Assembly (NCBI RefSeq): GCF_035084215.1
Contig: NC_090363.1
Location: forward strand, 9,424,001-9,488,000
DNA length: 64,000 nt
Reading direction: 5' to 3'
Source: Heptranchias perlo
Taxonomy: Eukaryota
A program made the translations under genes and the position numbers. The notes under the pieces were generated by a model. The model was not told where the DNA came from, did no database searches, and worked only from the letters and a program-made list of their open reading frames with translations. Shown here one piece after another: positions 11,698-24,082 of this stretch. Positions within the stretch are counted from its first letter, which is position 1, and every line of letters starts with the position of its first letter.

Positions 11698-14038
11698 GCG
11701 AATGTTCCTGAAGCACATCAGATGCAAATATCAGGATATTGCACATCCTTGGACCCTGATTATCCCCCATTCCATTTCATTTACTCAACTGTGTACTTGA
11801 AAATACATCAGCAATGTAATAAGTCCTGTGCCTCCCTGAGAAGCCTAGCACTTAAATTTATGGGGCTTTCCAGAGCTGTCGCTGCCAGTTAAAGAGGTAA
11901 CAAGTTGACTTTGCCTCCTACCACACATCTGCATCTACAACTCTCGGATTTTACTTTATTTAGAGCAATATTTCAAGTTAAACCTTGACTGTAGGACAAG
12001 GAAACATACATAGAATTACATAGAATTTACAGCACAGAAACTGGCCATTTGGCCCAACTGGTCCATGCCAGTGTTTATGCTCCACATGAGCCTCCTCCCA
12101 CTCGACTTCATCTAACCCTATCAGCATAGTCTTCTATTCCTTTCTCCCTCATGTACTTATCTAGTTGCCCCTTAAATGCATCTATACTTCTTGTACATAA
12201 GTACAAACTAGTAAGTGGCAATTTTAGGATTGATGTCAGGAAGTATTTCTTTACACAGACAGTGATTTATACCTAGAATGGCCTTCTTAAGAGGGGCACT
12301 AGAGGTCAAAGCTCAGGAAACATTCAAGGCCTTTCGATACTGTGGGGTATTAATTTGTCTCAGGAGGTAGCAGGAAGTGGGCGGTATCCAATCGGCCGCT
12401 CGTTATACGCCCCGTCCGATATTCCTTTCGATTGACTCCACTGGGACTGAATACCGGGCGGGCAGTATAACGGGCGGCCGATTGGATTACGTAGGATTTG
12501 CGCTACTCGCCTAAGACCAATTTCTACCACCATAAGTTTCTACAGGAGGATTCATTTGATGGGTTGCCTGTGAGATCTTCTTGATTGGCAGCAACACTAG
12601 TGATTAAAAGCATGTCAGGACTTGCTGTTGGTAAGCTTTGCCCCATTGCTGAACCCTCTGTTAGTGATGAAGAGGCACTGACAGGGTTAAGAGCCAGGAA
12701 AACCATGTTTAGAAGTAGTGAAATTAATCAGGCTTTTTCGTAAACTTAGCAAAATAAGGATAAGCATCAACTTGTCATTTTTCGTGAGGTAAGCGCTGAA
12801 AAAATATCAAGTTACCATGTTCAAGGACAACTTTACTCGGCAGGTACAACTTGTATCAGAAATTAATCTTTGCACTTTGAAACATTATATTTTGTAATGA
12901 TTACAACAGTTGCATTTCATATAATTTATGTGTTGAAAGAAAACAAAAAAAAGTTATATATATTTCTCAGAGTGGGGCTAAGTTTAACTTTGGGCGATGG
13001 TATGAAACAGGCGATATCGAATTAGCCTCACCACGTCCGATTTTCCTCTCGACGTCAAGAGTTAAAATTACCCTCCCGCCACTGGGAGTGCACCAGGAGT
13101 ATCTGAACAGAAAATCTCAACCAAGGTCATTAAAAAAAATACTTCAAAGCACAAGCATAAATGTGACCAAACCTGAAAAAATAGGCCCTGTGGGAAATGG
13201 GGTTCATTGCGAATGTGCGAACCATGTGCGTGTAATGTCACATCGAGTCACGTCACATCGAGTCTACAGCACAGAAACAGGCCATTTGGCCCAACTGGTC
13301 TATGCCGGCGTTTATGCTCCGCAGGAACCTCCTCCCTCCCTTCTCTATCTAACCCTATCAGGATACCTTTCTATTTCTTTCTCCTTCATGTGCTTATCTA
13401 GCTTCCCTGTAAATGCAATTTGCTATGCTAATTGTCTCAACTACTCCTTGTGGTAGCGCGTTCCACATTCTTACCACTCTTTGAGTAAAGAAGTTTCTCC
13501 TGAATTCCCTATTGGATTTATTAGTGTCTATCTTATATTGACGACCTCTAGTTTTGGACTTCCCCACAAGTGGAAACATTTTCTCTATGTCTACCCTATC
13601 AAGCCCTTTCATTAGCTTAAAGGTTACCCCTCAGCCTTCTCTTTCATAGGGAAAAGAGCCCCAGCCTGTTTAGTTTTTCCTGATAAGTATATCCTCTCAG
13701 TTCTGGTAACATCCTAGTAAATCTTTTTTGCACCTTGTATGATGCCCAAATTGTGATGGGACAAATTCAAGCAAGAAAGATAATGGAGCAAAATCCTGAA
13801 ATTATTCATGAAGATGCAGGGTTACATATAGCAAATATATTGCTGGAAAAAAATAATTATTAAATGTAATAAGCTTTTCAAAAGACAAGTGAAAATTACA
13901 AAATCAGAATGTCTGGGAAGTTTCTCCTGTTAAACGTTTACTTCCTGTACCAGACAAGGTTGTTCAATGTATTTATTTTATGTTTACTAACTATTTGCTA
14001 CTCCAATTTGTGACCTGTTTTGTTTTATTTGGTCTCAG

Positions 14039-14173
14039 AATTCACCAACGAGCAATCCTGCCTCGTTATATACTGAGATGGAGTCATCTGAATCTACAGG
14101 AACTAATGGAAGGAAGATGTGTGTTACTGATGAGAATACTGAATTTGCTCATATTCAGATATTGAGGAACTAA
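14039..14173 (+). CDS. Upstream receptor gene, terminal coding exon: NSPTSNPASLYTEMESSESTGTNGRKMCVTDENTEFAHIQILRN*
   Basis: TACTAAC branch point (13985-13991), T-rich tract and ctcAG acceptor. Phase-0 open frame to TAA, AATAAA directly after the stop, tyrosine-motif-like SLYTEM and TEFAHI. Confidence 0.7.
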   Translation, partial: NSPTSNPASLYTEMESSESTGTNGRKMCVTDENTEFAHIQILRN

Positions 14174-15506
14174 TAATAAAATAATGATCACCCTGTTTAT
14201 ATTGGACCACTCTGTGATAAATAAACTGTCTAATTGTTATACTCGCTTACAGTAAATGTATGAAAAATACCATGTTGGCTACAAGCATTGAACTATAACT
14301 GGTCCTCCGGTTTTAAATATAAAACCCAATACTTTCTGATTAGTGCTTGTATTGGGTTGACATTTTCTTCATAGAATACTCTGGCCTCAAAATGCCTAGG
14401 CCTAGGAGGGCACTGCAGCAGCATAAGCTGGGGGGAGAGAGGGGGGGGGGGGTCAAAATTTGAGGTAGGATAGAGTTTTTGTAAAATTATGAAAGGTTTT
14501 GTTAGGACGAATATGAAAGACAATGGGATTGATTTTCAACTTGCCGCCTGGACTTAAAAATGGCATCGTGGATTGGCCGCCCGTTATAGGAACTACCCAG
14601 TTTTTATTTTCATTTAAATCAAAGGAAATGAAAATTGAACAGTTTCTATAAGGGGCAGCAGGTTTGTAATGCCAGTTTAATGCCCGGGCTCCAAGTTGAA
14701 AATCTACCCCTACCTCCTCTGGTTGCAGAGCCAGGAATGAGGGGTCATCAACTTAGAATAGTCACTAAGAGGGGATGCGGACAGAGGTTAGGGGCAATTT
14801 CTTAACGCGCAGGTTTGTTGGATCATGGAATGCTTTGCCACAGGGAGTGGTTGAGGCAGAAATCATTATATCTTTTAATTAAATAAACATTTGAACTAGA
14901 AGAAGGGCGTGGGGCAGTGCGATTCATTTTGGATTGCTCTAGCAAAGAGCTGACATAGACATGATGGGCCAAATGGGCTCCTACTGTGCTGGAAACCAAT
15001 ATGGCTCTATGGTATTAAAGTGGGCCTCTCTACTGGCAAGGCTTCCCAATGAGGTACTTACCATAGGGCTCCCCTAACTCCTGTCACTGATTTAATTTCC
15101 CCTTCTAGAGCTGAGTAGATCCTGCCATGTTGTGTTCAAACTCCTCCCAACTACACCTTAGGGAGTTCTCCCTTGTATCCTGGCCAATATTTATCCATCA
15201 ACCAACACCACTAAAACAGATGATCTGGTCATTATAATGTTGCTGTTTGTGGGAGCTTGCTGTGCGCAAATTGGCTTTCCTACATTACAACAGTGATTAC
15301 ATTTCAAAAGTACTCCATTGGCTGTGAAGTGCTTTGGGGCATCCTAAGGTTGTGAAAAGCGCTATAGAAATGCAAGTCCTTTCTTTTGATATATCCTTCC
15401 AGTGCCTCTGAAGTCACAGGCAGTGAAATTGGTCCACGCCAGAGCGTGAAACGGGCCCATAGTGAATTGGCAGCCCGTTTTACAATGCGCACAATTTTCC
15501 ATTTGA

Positions 15507-16824
15507 AACATAGAAAAATTTACAGCACAGAAGGAGGCCATTCAGCCCATCATGTCTGTGCTGGCCAAAAGAGGGCTACCCAGTCTATTCCCAATTTCCA
15601 GCACTTGGTCCGTAGCCTTGTAGGTTGTGGCGCTTCAAATGCATATCCAAGTACTTTTTAAATGTGATGAGGGTTTCTGCCTCTACCACCCTTTTAGTTA
15701 GTGAGTTCCAGACCCCTACCACTCTCTGGCTGAAAACATTTTTCCTCAGCTCCCCTCTAATCCTTCTACCAATTACTTTAAATCTATGCCCCCTGGTTAT
15801 TGACCTCTCTGCTAAGGGAAATAGGTCCTTCCTTCCACTCTATCCAGGCGCCTCAATTGAATCACCCCTCAGCCTTCTTTGATCCAAAGAAAACAACTCC
15901 AGCCTATCCAATCTTTCCGCATAGCTAAAATTCTCCAGTCCTGGCGGCATCCTCGTAAATCTCCTCTGTACCCTCTAGTGCAATCACATCTTTCCTGTAA
16001 TGTGGTGACCAGAACTGTATGCAGTACTCATGCCGTGGCCTAACTAGTGTATTATACAGTTCCAGCATAACCTCCCTGCTCTTATATTCTATGCCTCGGC
16101 TAATAAAGGAAAGTATCCTGTATGCTTTCTTAACAACCTTATCTAACTGGCTTGCTACCTTCAGGGATCTGTGGACATGCACTCCAAGGTCCCTCTGTTC
16201 CTCTACACCTCTCAGTATCCTCCCATTTATTGTGTATTCCCTTGCCTTGTTTGACCTCCCCAAATGCATTACCTCACAATTCTCTGGATTGAATTCCATT
16301 TGCAACTTTTCTGCCCACCTGACCAATCCATTGATTCTGCAGTCTACAGCTTTCCGCCTCACTATTAACCACATGGCCAATTTTTATAACATCTGCAGAC
16401 TTCTTAATCGTGGCCCCTACATTTAAGGCTAAATCATTAATATATATCACAAAAAGCAAGGGACCTAGTACTGAGCCCTGCGGAACCCCACTGGAAACAG
16501 CCTTCCAGTCACAAAAACACCTGTCGACCATTACCCTTTACTTCCTGCCACTGAGCAGGATCCAATTGGATCCAATTTGCCACTTTCCCTGGGATCCCAT
16601 GGGCTTTTACTTTTTTGACCAGTCTGCCATGTGGAACCTTGTCAAAAGCCTTGCTGAAATCTGTGTAGACTACATCAAACATACTACCCTCATCGACCCT
16701 CCTTGTTACCTCCGAAAAAAATTCAATCAAGTTAGTCAGGCATAACCTTCCCTTGACAAATCCATGCTGACTGTTCTTGATTAATCCATGACTGACTGGC
16801 CTGTAATTACTAGGTCTATCCTTT
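15507..16824 (-). mobile_element. CR1 LINE subfamily A, 3' part; its 5' part continues at 18550-18800
   Basis: Frameshifted RT fragments ([21 protein letters not shown]). Reads KD-RPSNYRP at the break, continuing FKKGEK from 18550. Confidence 0.85.
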
Positions 16825-16903
16825 TAAGAACATAAGAACATAAGAAATAGGAGCAGGAGTAGGCCAATCGGCCCCTCAAGCCTGCTCCGCCATTCAATAA
16901 GAT

Positions 16904-17167
16904 TATTGTAAACAATTTTACAACACCAAGTTATAGTCCAACAAATTTATTTTAAATTCCACAAGCTTTCGGAGGCTTCCTCCTTCCTCAGGTGAACGGT
17001 ACACCTGAGGAAGGAGGAAGCCTTCCATACTGTTCACCTGAGGAAGGAGGAAGCCTCCGAAAGCTTGTGGAATTTAAAATAAATTTGTTGGACTATAACT
17101 TGGTGTTGTAAAATTGTTTACAATTGTCAACCCCAGTCCATCACTGGCATCTCCACATCATGGCTAC
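16904..17167 (+). mobile_element. Penelope pLTR-derived foldback element, copy 4, inserted in a young CR1 3' UTR
   Basis: Inverted repeat of about 90 bp, TSD caataagat (16895-16903 / 17168-17176), hammerhead cores on both strands. Confidence 0.78.
17033..17071 (+). ncRNA. Minimal type I hammerhead ribozyme motif (mirror copy on - strand at about 16957-16996)
   Basis: UUCAC-CUGAGGA-A-GGAGG(AAG)CCUCC-GAAA-GC-UU-GUGGA; base pairing is kept despite sequence changes. Confidence 0.62.
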
Positions 17168-18809
17168 CAATAAGATCATGGCTGATCTGATCCTAACCTC
17201 AAATCTAAATTCATGTCCAATTTCCTGCCTGCTCCCCGTAACCCCTAATTCCCTTTACTTCTAGGAAACTGTCTATTTCTGTTTTAAATTTATTTAATGA
17301 TGCAGCTTCCACAGCTTCCTGGGGCAGCAAATTCCACAGACCTACTACCCTCTGAGTGAAGAAGTTTCTCCTCATCTCAGTTTTGAAAGAGCAGCCCCTT
17401 ATTCTAAGATTATGCCCCCTAGTTCTAGTTTCACCCATCCTTGGGAACATCCTTACCGCATCCACGCGATCAAGCCCCTTCACAATCTTATATGTTTCAA
17501 TAAGATCGCCTCTCATTCTTCTGAACTCCAATGAGTAGAGTCCCAATCTACTCAACCTCTCCTCATATGTCCGCCCCCTCATCCCCGGGATTAACCGAGT
17601 GAACCTTCTTTGTACTACCTCGAGAGCAAGTATGTCTTTTCTTAAGTATGGACACCAAAGCTGTGTGCAGTATTCCAGGTGCGGTCTCACCAATACCTTA
17701 TTTAACTGCAGCAATACCTCCCTGTTTTTATATTCTATCCTCCTAGCAATAAAAGCCAACATTCCGTTGGCCTTCTTGATCACCTGCTGCACCTGCATAC
17801 TAACTTTTTGATTTTCTTGCACTAGGACCCCCAGATCCCTTTGTACTGCAGTACTTTCCAGTTTCTCGCCATTAAGATAATAACTTGCTGTCTGATTTTT
17901 CCTGCCAAAGTGCATAACCTCACATTTTCCAATATTGTATTGCATCTGCCAAATCTCCGCCCACTCACCCAGCTTGTCTATATCCCCCTGTAGGTTTTTT
18001 ATGTCCTCCTCACTCTCCACTTTCCCTCCCATCTTTGTATCATCTGTAAACTTTGATATGTTACACTCGGTCCCCTCCTCCAGATCGTTAATATAGATTG
18101 TAAAGAGTTGGGGACCCAGCACCGACCCCTGCGGAACACCACTGGCTACTGGTTGCCAGTCCGAGAATGAACCATTTATCCCAACTCTCTGCTTCCTGTT
18201 AAATAACCAATCCTCCACCCATGCCAGAATATTACCCCCAATCCAGTGATTCTTTATCTTGAGCAATAATCTTTTATGTGGCACCTTGTCGAATGCCTTC
18301 TGGAAGTCTAAATACACTACGTCCACTGGTTCCCCTTTATCCACCCTGTACGTTATGTCCTCAAAGAACTCAAGCAAATTTGTCAGACATGACTGCCCCT
18401 TCGTAAAGCCATGCTGACTTTGTCCTATTAAATTATGTTTATCCAAATGTTCCGCTACTGTCTCCTTAATAATAGACTCCAAAATTTTACCCACCACAGA
18501 TGTTAGGCTAACTGGTCTATAATTTCCAGCCTTCTGCCTACTACCCTTTTCTCCCTTTTTAAACAACGGTACAACATTAGCAGTCCTCCAATCCTCTGGC
18601 ACCACACCTGTAGCCAGGGAGGATCGGAAAATGATGGTCAGAGCCTCTGCTATTTCCTCTCTTTCTTCTTTTAACAGCCTGGGATACATTTCATCTGGGC
18701 CTGACGATTTATCTACTTTAAAAGATCCTAAACCCCTTAATACTTCCTCTCTCACTATGTTTATCCCATCCAATATTTCACACTCCTCCTCCTTAACTAC
18801 AATCTATTG

Positions 18810-20338
18810 GCTCCAATGGAAAAGAAAATCTGGTGGCATGTAAAATGAGCTGCCAATTCGCTATGGGCCAGTTTCACCTGACTGCCGTGGACCAATTTCA
18901 GCCCCACTGACTATAGCAGCTGAAATTTGCATTGAAACAATTGAAATTCATAACAAACACTGCATCTTCTGTGGCTTTGCCCATTAAACTCAGGTCAATG
19001 CGAATTTCCCTCAAGAGTGCAATAGTTATGCTGTGGATAGAGGTATGAGCAACTGCTTATAAGCCCCATCTAGTGGTATGAGTGTGACGCTGCAGGTATG
19101 ACAGTGGGACAGGTAAATCCTATCAAGACGCCACCTAGAGGCATGCCCATCTGGTGTTATCCAAATAAGGAGTGTGTGACATCGCACACATCGGTCACAG
19201 TATGTGAGGTGATGCCTGGGAGTGAGGAAATAAGTGACACCGGGAATGTTTTGGGGCAGATGAACATGGGGCAGGAGGTCTGTGGAGGAACTCATGGGTG
19301 GGCTTCAGTCCACCTTCATCTCCCTCTTCATCATCAACCTCCTCACCATCATTGTAGTTGACAAGGAGTTATTTAAATCTCTGTTTTTCCTCCTCCTCAT
19401 AATCATCATCTTCCTCATCCTCTGACCCCCCCTTCCTGCGATGGATCTGCAAGAAAGGAGCGTAGAGGGTGAGAATTACCCCTAAGGATTAAGAAGAGAA
19501 GAGGGAGTGGTAGCTTGTGTCTATGTAGTGTTTCACGGGAATGCCAGGATGACAGTGTAGGTGTTCAGTCACTAACCTGGCACTGGCAAACTGCCGCCAA
19601 CTTCACCATCTCACATGGCAAGAGCAGAGTGCCTCCCCATAAGTTCCATGGCCTTCTCCTCAAATAGTATGAGGTGTTTCAAGGTGGAGATACCCCCTCC
19701 AGTAGTCTACCTTTCCACCAATTTCTCCTACAAGTAGAATAAATGAGGGGAATGCTAGCAGTTGAGGCATCTCTGCCAAGAGACACGGGAGAGCTGAAGT
19801 AAGAGATGCTGTGTTATCACCCTGTTAAATTGGGGCAAGGGGTTTAGGGTTGAACATGCAATTACTGTTATAGGAGTTGGGTAGCCATAGTGCAAGATCC
19901 CCTGAGAGCCGCCCACCCTTCAACCAGAGTGAGTTGTAATGGGTTAGTTGTACCAGTGTTCCTTTAAGAGGGTGAAGAGTGTGCTGGTTCCCAGGGGGTG
20001 CAAGAATGAAAAGGGGGCGTGTCCAGTGTGTTACCTTGCCTGCCCTTGTGAGGTCATTGAACTTCTTGCGGCACTGATCCGCAGTCAGTGCCAGTGCCAC
20101 CTCCCTCCAGGTGACATGAATGACATTCCTGGCAGGTTTGCTGGCACAGATAACCAGCAGCCTGCATCTCCTCAATTCTATTTCCTCCCAGAGAGCTTGG
20201 AGGTCCGAGACAGAAATGTTCTGGGTGGTTCTTCTCTGCCTATGTGCCATGCCCTGTTGCCCTGTTTGACTGTTTGCTTCAGCTGCTCCTGTAGTAGGCA
20301 TTCTTGAAAAGGTTGATGAGACGTGCAATGAACTTAGC
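18810..20338 (-). mobile_element. Degenerate Harbinger remnant (Myb/SANT-like), interrupted by the LINE chimera and probably continuing after 21630
   Basis: ORF 19825..20328 has WREVAL...ADQCRKKFNDLTRAGKV; boundaries approximate. Confidence 0.6.
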
Positions 20339-20344
20339 TGAGAA

Positions 20345-21629
20345 GAGGCAGGGACTGATTAGGAACAGTCAGCATGGTTTTGTGAGTGGAAAATCATGTC
20401 TCACGAATTTGATTGAGTTTTTTGAAGGGGTAACCAAGAAGATAGATGAGGGCTGTGCAGTAGACGTGGTCTACATGGACTTTAGCAAAGCCTTTGACAA
20501 GGTACCGCATGGTAGGTTGTTACATAAGGTTAAATCTCACGGGATCCAAGGTGAGGTAGCCAATTGGATACAAAATTGGATTGACGACAGAAAACAGAGG
20601 GTGGTTGTAGAGGGTTGTTTTTCAAACTGGAGGCCTGTGACCAGCGGTGTGCCTCAGGGATCGGTGCTGGGTCCGCTGTTATTTGTTATTTATATTAATG
20701 ATTTGGATGAGAATTTAGGAGGCATGGTTAGTATGCAGATGACACCAAGATTGGTGGCATTGTGGACAGTGAAGAAGGTTATCTAGGATTGCAACGGGAT
20801 CTTGATAAATTGGGCCAGTGGGCCAATGAATGGCAGATGGAGTTTAATTTAGATAAATGTGAGGTGATGCATTTTGGTAGATCGAATCGGGCCAGGACCT
20901 ACTCCGTTAATGGTAGGGCGTTGGGGAGAGTTATAGAACAAAGAGGTCTAAGAGTACAGGTTCATAGCTCCTTGAAAGTGGAGTCACAGGTGGATAGGGT
21001 GGTGAAGAAGGCATTCAGCATGCTTGGTTTCATTGGTCAGAACATTGAATACAGGAGTTGGGATGTCTTGTTGAGGTTGTACAAGACATTAGTAAGGCCA
21101 CACTTGGAATACTGTGTACAGTTCTGGTCACCCTATTATAGAAAGGATATTATTAAACTAGAAGAAGCTCGACACCATCCAAGATAAAGCAGCCCGCTTG
21201 ATTGGCACCCCATCCACCACCCTAAACATTCACTCCCTTCACTACCGGCGCACTGTGGCTGCAGTGTGTACCATCCACAGGATGCACTGCAGCAACTCGC
21301 CAAGGCTTCTTCGACAGCACCTCCCAAACCCGCGACCTCTACCACCTAGAAGGACAAGAGCAGCAGGTACATGGGAACAACACCACCTGCACGTTCCCCT
21401 CCAAGTCACACACCATCCCGACTTGGAAATATATCGCCGTTCCTTCATTGTCGCTGGGTCAAAATCCTGGAACTCCCTTCCTAACAGCACTGCGGGAGAA
21501 CCGTCACCACACGGACTGCAACGGTTCAAGAAGGCGGCTCACCACCATCTTCTCGAGGGCAATTAGGGATGCGCAATAAATGCTGGCCTTGCCAACGACA
21601 CCCACATCCCGTGAACGAATAAAAAAAAA
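20345..21629 (+). mobile_element. Chimeric LINE insertion: CR1 RT (to about 21163) joined to the 3' end of a second Jockey-group (CR1/L2-like) LINE family
   Basis: ORFs 20304 and 20762 are CR1. Abrupt switch to aagaagctcgacaccatcc...gaataaaaaaaa, matching the family at 40917-46320. Confidence 0.85.
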
Positions 21630-23399
21630 CACTTAGCCTCTGAAGCAACCAGCTGTTTTCATTTGTTGGAAGTGCCTCAAGCAGCCTGGTTGAACATAAA
21701 TTTCAGAATTGGACCCTCCCACCCACCACAACACGGAGCATAAAGTCTAGAATCACCTCCCGCAGCATAAATTCCAGAATCGGACACTCTTCCACCCTTC
21801 TCTCCCCGGGCCTCTTCCTGTGCTGTACCCTCCCCCTTGGCCTCTAACCCTATTCTACCTCCCCCACCCCCCCTTGTCCCTCATAATGCTCGATCTTCCC
21901 CATCCCATTCTACCATCCTCTTCTAGCTTACATTGTTGCAGTACTCCCTCAGGACCCAAGGATTACACTTAATCTTGACTCCCCATGTTTAGCGCGCTGG
22001 GAGATTGACACAAGTATGTGTGTATATGTGTATATATAATTATAATATGCTTATACAGAAATATCATGAGCTCATCTCCAGAAGTTCTGTTTAGTACAGA
22101 ATAAAACATCACCAGTGTTATTACTTTATTCAAACTTTTATAGATGGAGAATTTATCTGCAAATATTGGAACTGTCAGCGTGCCTCCTCAAAACACCTTA
22201 CCTGAGGTGCAGCAATAATTCCCCTCATATATATTGTGAATCACAGGTTTTGGGGTACAATGTATGTGATTGCACACTGGGCGTGTAAAGTTGTGGGATG
22301 TTCAACAATTCAGTCGTTACTGAATCCCTGCCATTCGATTACTTTTGAAGTATTAGAAAAAAGGTGAGAATGTGGCCTATTCTACAAGAAGCTCCCAGAG
22401 CAATTTTTATTTTAGTCTTCTTGTTCTGTTTCTCCTTAGTTCAGCGCATGTCTGAGTCTGAATTTGGAAACCGTCTGGGCGGGGAAGGGGAAGGTGTAAT
22501 TGGGGGTGTAATCCCCACCCTCCCTTCCCTCTGGGCTCCCCGATTCCCCTCCCCTCCCCTGGGCTCACCATGTCCTCCTGCCCTTTCCTCTGTCACCCCT
22601 TCCTCACCCTCCGGGTACTCCCCCACCCCGCCCCATCACACATCAGAAGCTGCTGGCAGAAATTACTGAGGGACTATCAATAAGATAAGAATCACTGAAT
22701 CATTAAGAATCATGGCAAGATTAGCAATGTGTGCGGAAGAGTGACTTTTACAGATGAGCATCAGAAGTGGTGTGATGCAGTTTGGGGAAAATGGGACAGA
22801 GAGCGTTGATGCAGCTGGACCGGTCAAATGCACACACGTTTTGCGGAGATGCAGACATGCTGGTGAGAAAAGGGCAAGGACGGGCAGAAGTTATACATTG
22901 CCTCACTAATCACATCATTGCTTGTGCAGCTTTTTACGATTGCAGGCTTCACAGAGATTTAGCTCTTGCCCACCTGGGGGTGGGTTATAATCATTTTAGT
23001 GTCAGGCACTGAACAAGAAATCAAGTGTTGAGGCACAAAACCGGTTCTGGGCATGCAGAGGAACAGCACAGCAGCTACTTCCCTGGGGGTCGGGCTGACC
23101 CCACGAACGGGCACTGTAAGTTCGTGTGGGGTGCTGTAACTGTTTCTCTGAAGCTGCATTTGATAAATCCACAGCACTGACTATTTTACATTATTTAAGC
23201 TGCAAGGTTTCTATCTTCACCTGAGCTTCTTTCAGCAAGAACGCGATAGGTGATATAATCGGAAGTGAGTTAAAGGGAGTCATTTTAATCTAACACGCCG
23301 GGTTAAAATTGGGCGGGGTAGAAACCCAACGTCGCACCCGATCCCTGCCCAGCGAGTTATATTAAAAGTATCCCATGAAACTCAGTTACCTTGAGAACT

Positions 23400-24080
23400 T
23401 GCTATCAGTCAGACCAAGTCCCACCCCCTGTGGAGTTGTAAATGAAAATGGAAGCGAAAAGACGGAGCACTTGTGGAGAGTCGCCGCGATTGGGGTAGTT
23501 GTGCATCAAAAGGCAGGATTTGAAGAGTTTGATGCCGTGAACCCAAGTGACTTTTGAGCTAGCGGATTAGTTTGGGTTTCGCTGGATGGAGCGACAGTTC
23601 ACTCTTCTATTGCCGCTGCGCCTCTTCCTCCACCTCCTGCTCCTGCTCCGGTCGCTTGATACAGAAGGTAAGGGAGGAACTAAAGTGGGGAAAGGGTTTA
23701 AAGATCGGCAGCGGAGAACCCAAGTGCCGCAGATCCTGCAAAGAGGGTCGGAAATGTGGGCCCACCTGAGTGACAAAATGTTACTCGTAACTTTCGTCAG
23801 CGGCTCAAGTTGCAGTGTGCGCATGCTCCTTATTGGGGGAGTTGGCGGGGGAGGTCAGAGGATCGCCTCTGGTCACCGAAATCCCTGCTGTAACAGTCCG
23901 GGTTTGTAATTGTTGTTGGAGGGGGTTCCTGGAGGGTTGATCTTGGGTAATGATGATCGTTAATTACGATGCTGAGCTCTTCTTCCTTCGCCTCCGCGTC
24001 CACTTCTTTGCCCCGCCCCCGCCCCCGCCCCTTTCTTCCATCTTCAGCATTCTCGTTCCCGCTGGCCTCTTACCCGCTCA
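23400..24080 (+). promoter_or_regulatory. CpG-rich promoter / first exon / first intron region of the Ig-5TM gene
   Basis: Visibly elevated CpG density relative to flanks, tandem GC boxes (gccccgcccccgcccccgccc, about 24010-24030), surrounds the ATG exon. Confidence 0.5.
23586..23667 (+). CDS. Ig-5TM receptor gene exon 1, signal peptide MERQFTLLLPLRLFLHLLLLLRSLDTE
   Basis: ATG plus Leu-rich leader, AAG|GTAAGG donor, 82 nt (phase 1), in a CpG-rich region, in frame with the IgV exons. Confidence 0.85.
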
Positions 24081-24082
24081 TG

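Larger units (their letters stand above)
16825..18549 (-). mobile_element. Young 5'-truncated CR1 LINE subfamily B with intact RT domain (part of the 520-aa ORF 17211..18773)
   Basis: [32 protein letters not shown]; (ttcttatg)n tail; nearly identical to 61660-63710. Confidence 0.92.

Noticed and set aside
12540-12790. Additional exon of the upstream gene (AG...GTAAGC sites)
   Set aside because: I found no convincing open phase 0-0 segment, and stops are present.
17211-18773. Autonomous or domesticated RT gene
   Set aside because: No endonuclease, ORF1 or promoter; explained as a young truncated CR1 fused to an older copy.
23668-23909. Remainder of ORF 23586..23909 as coding
   Set aside because: It runs past a strong donor at 23668; this is intronic read-through.
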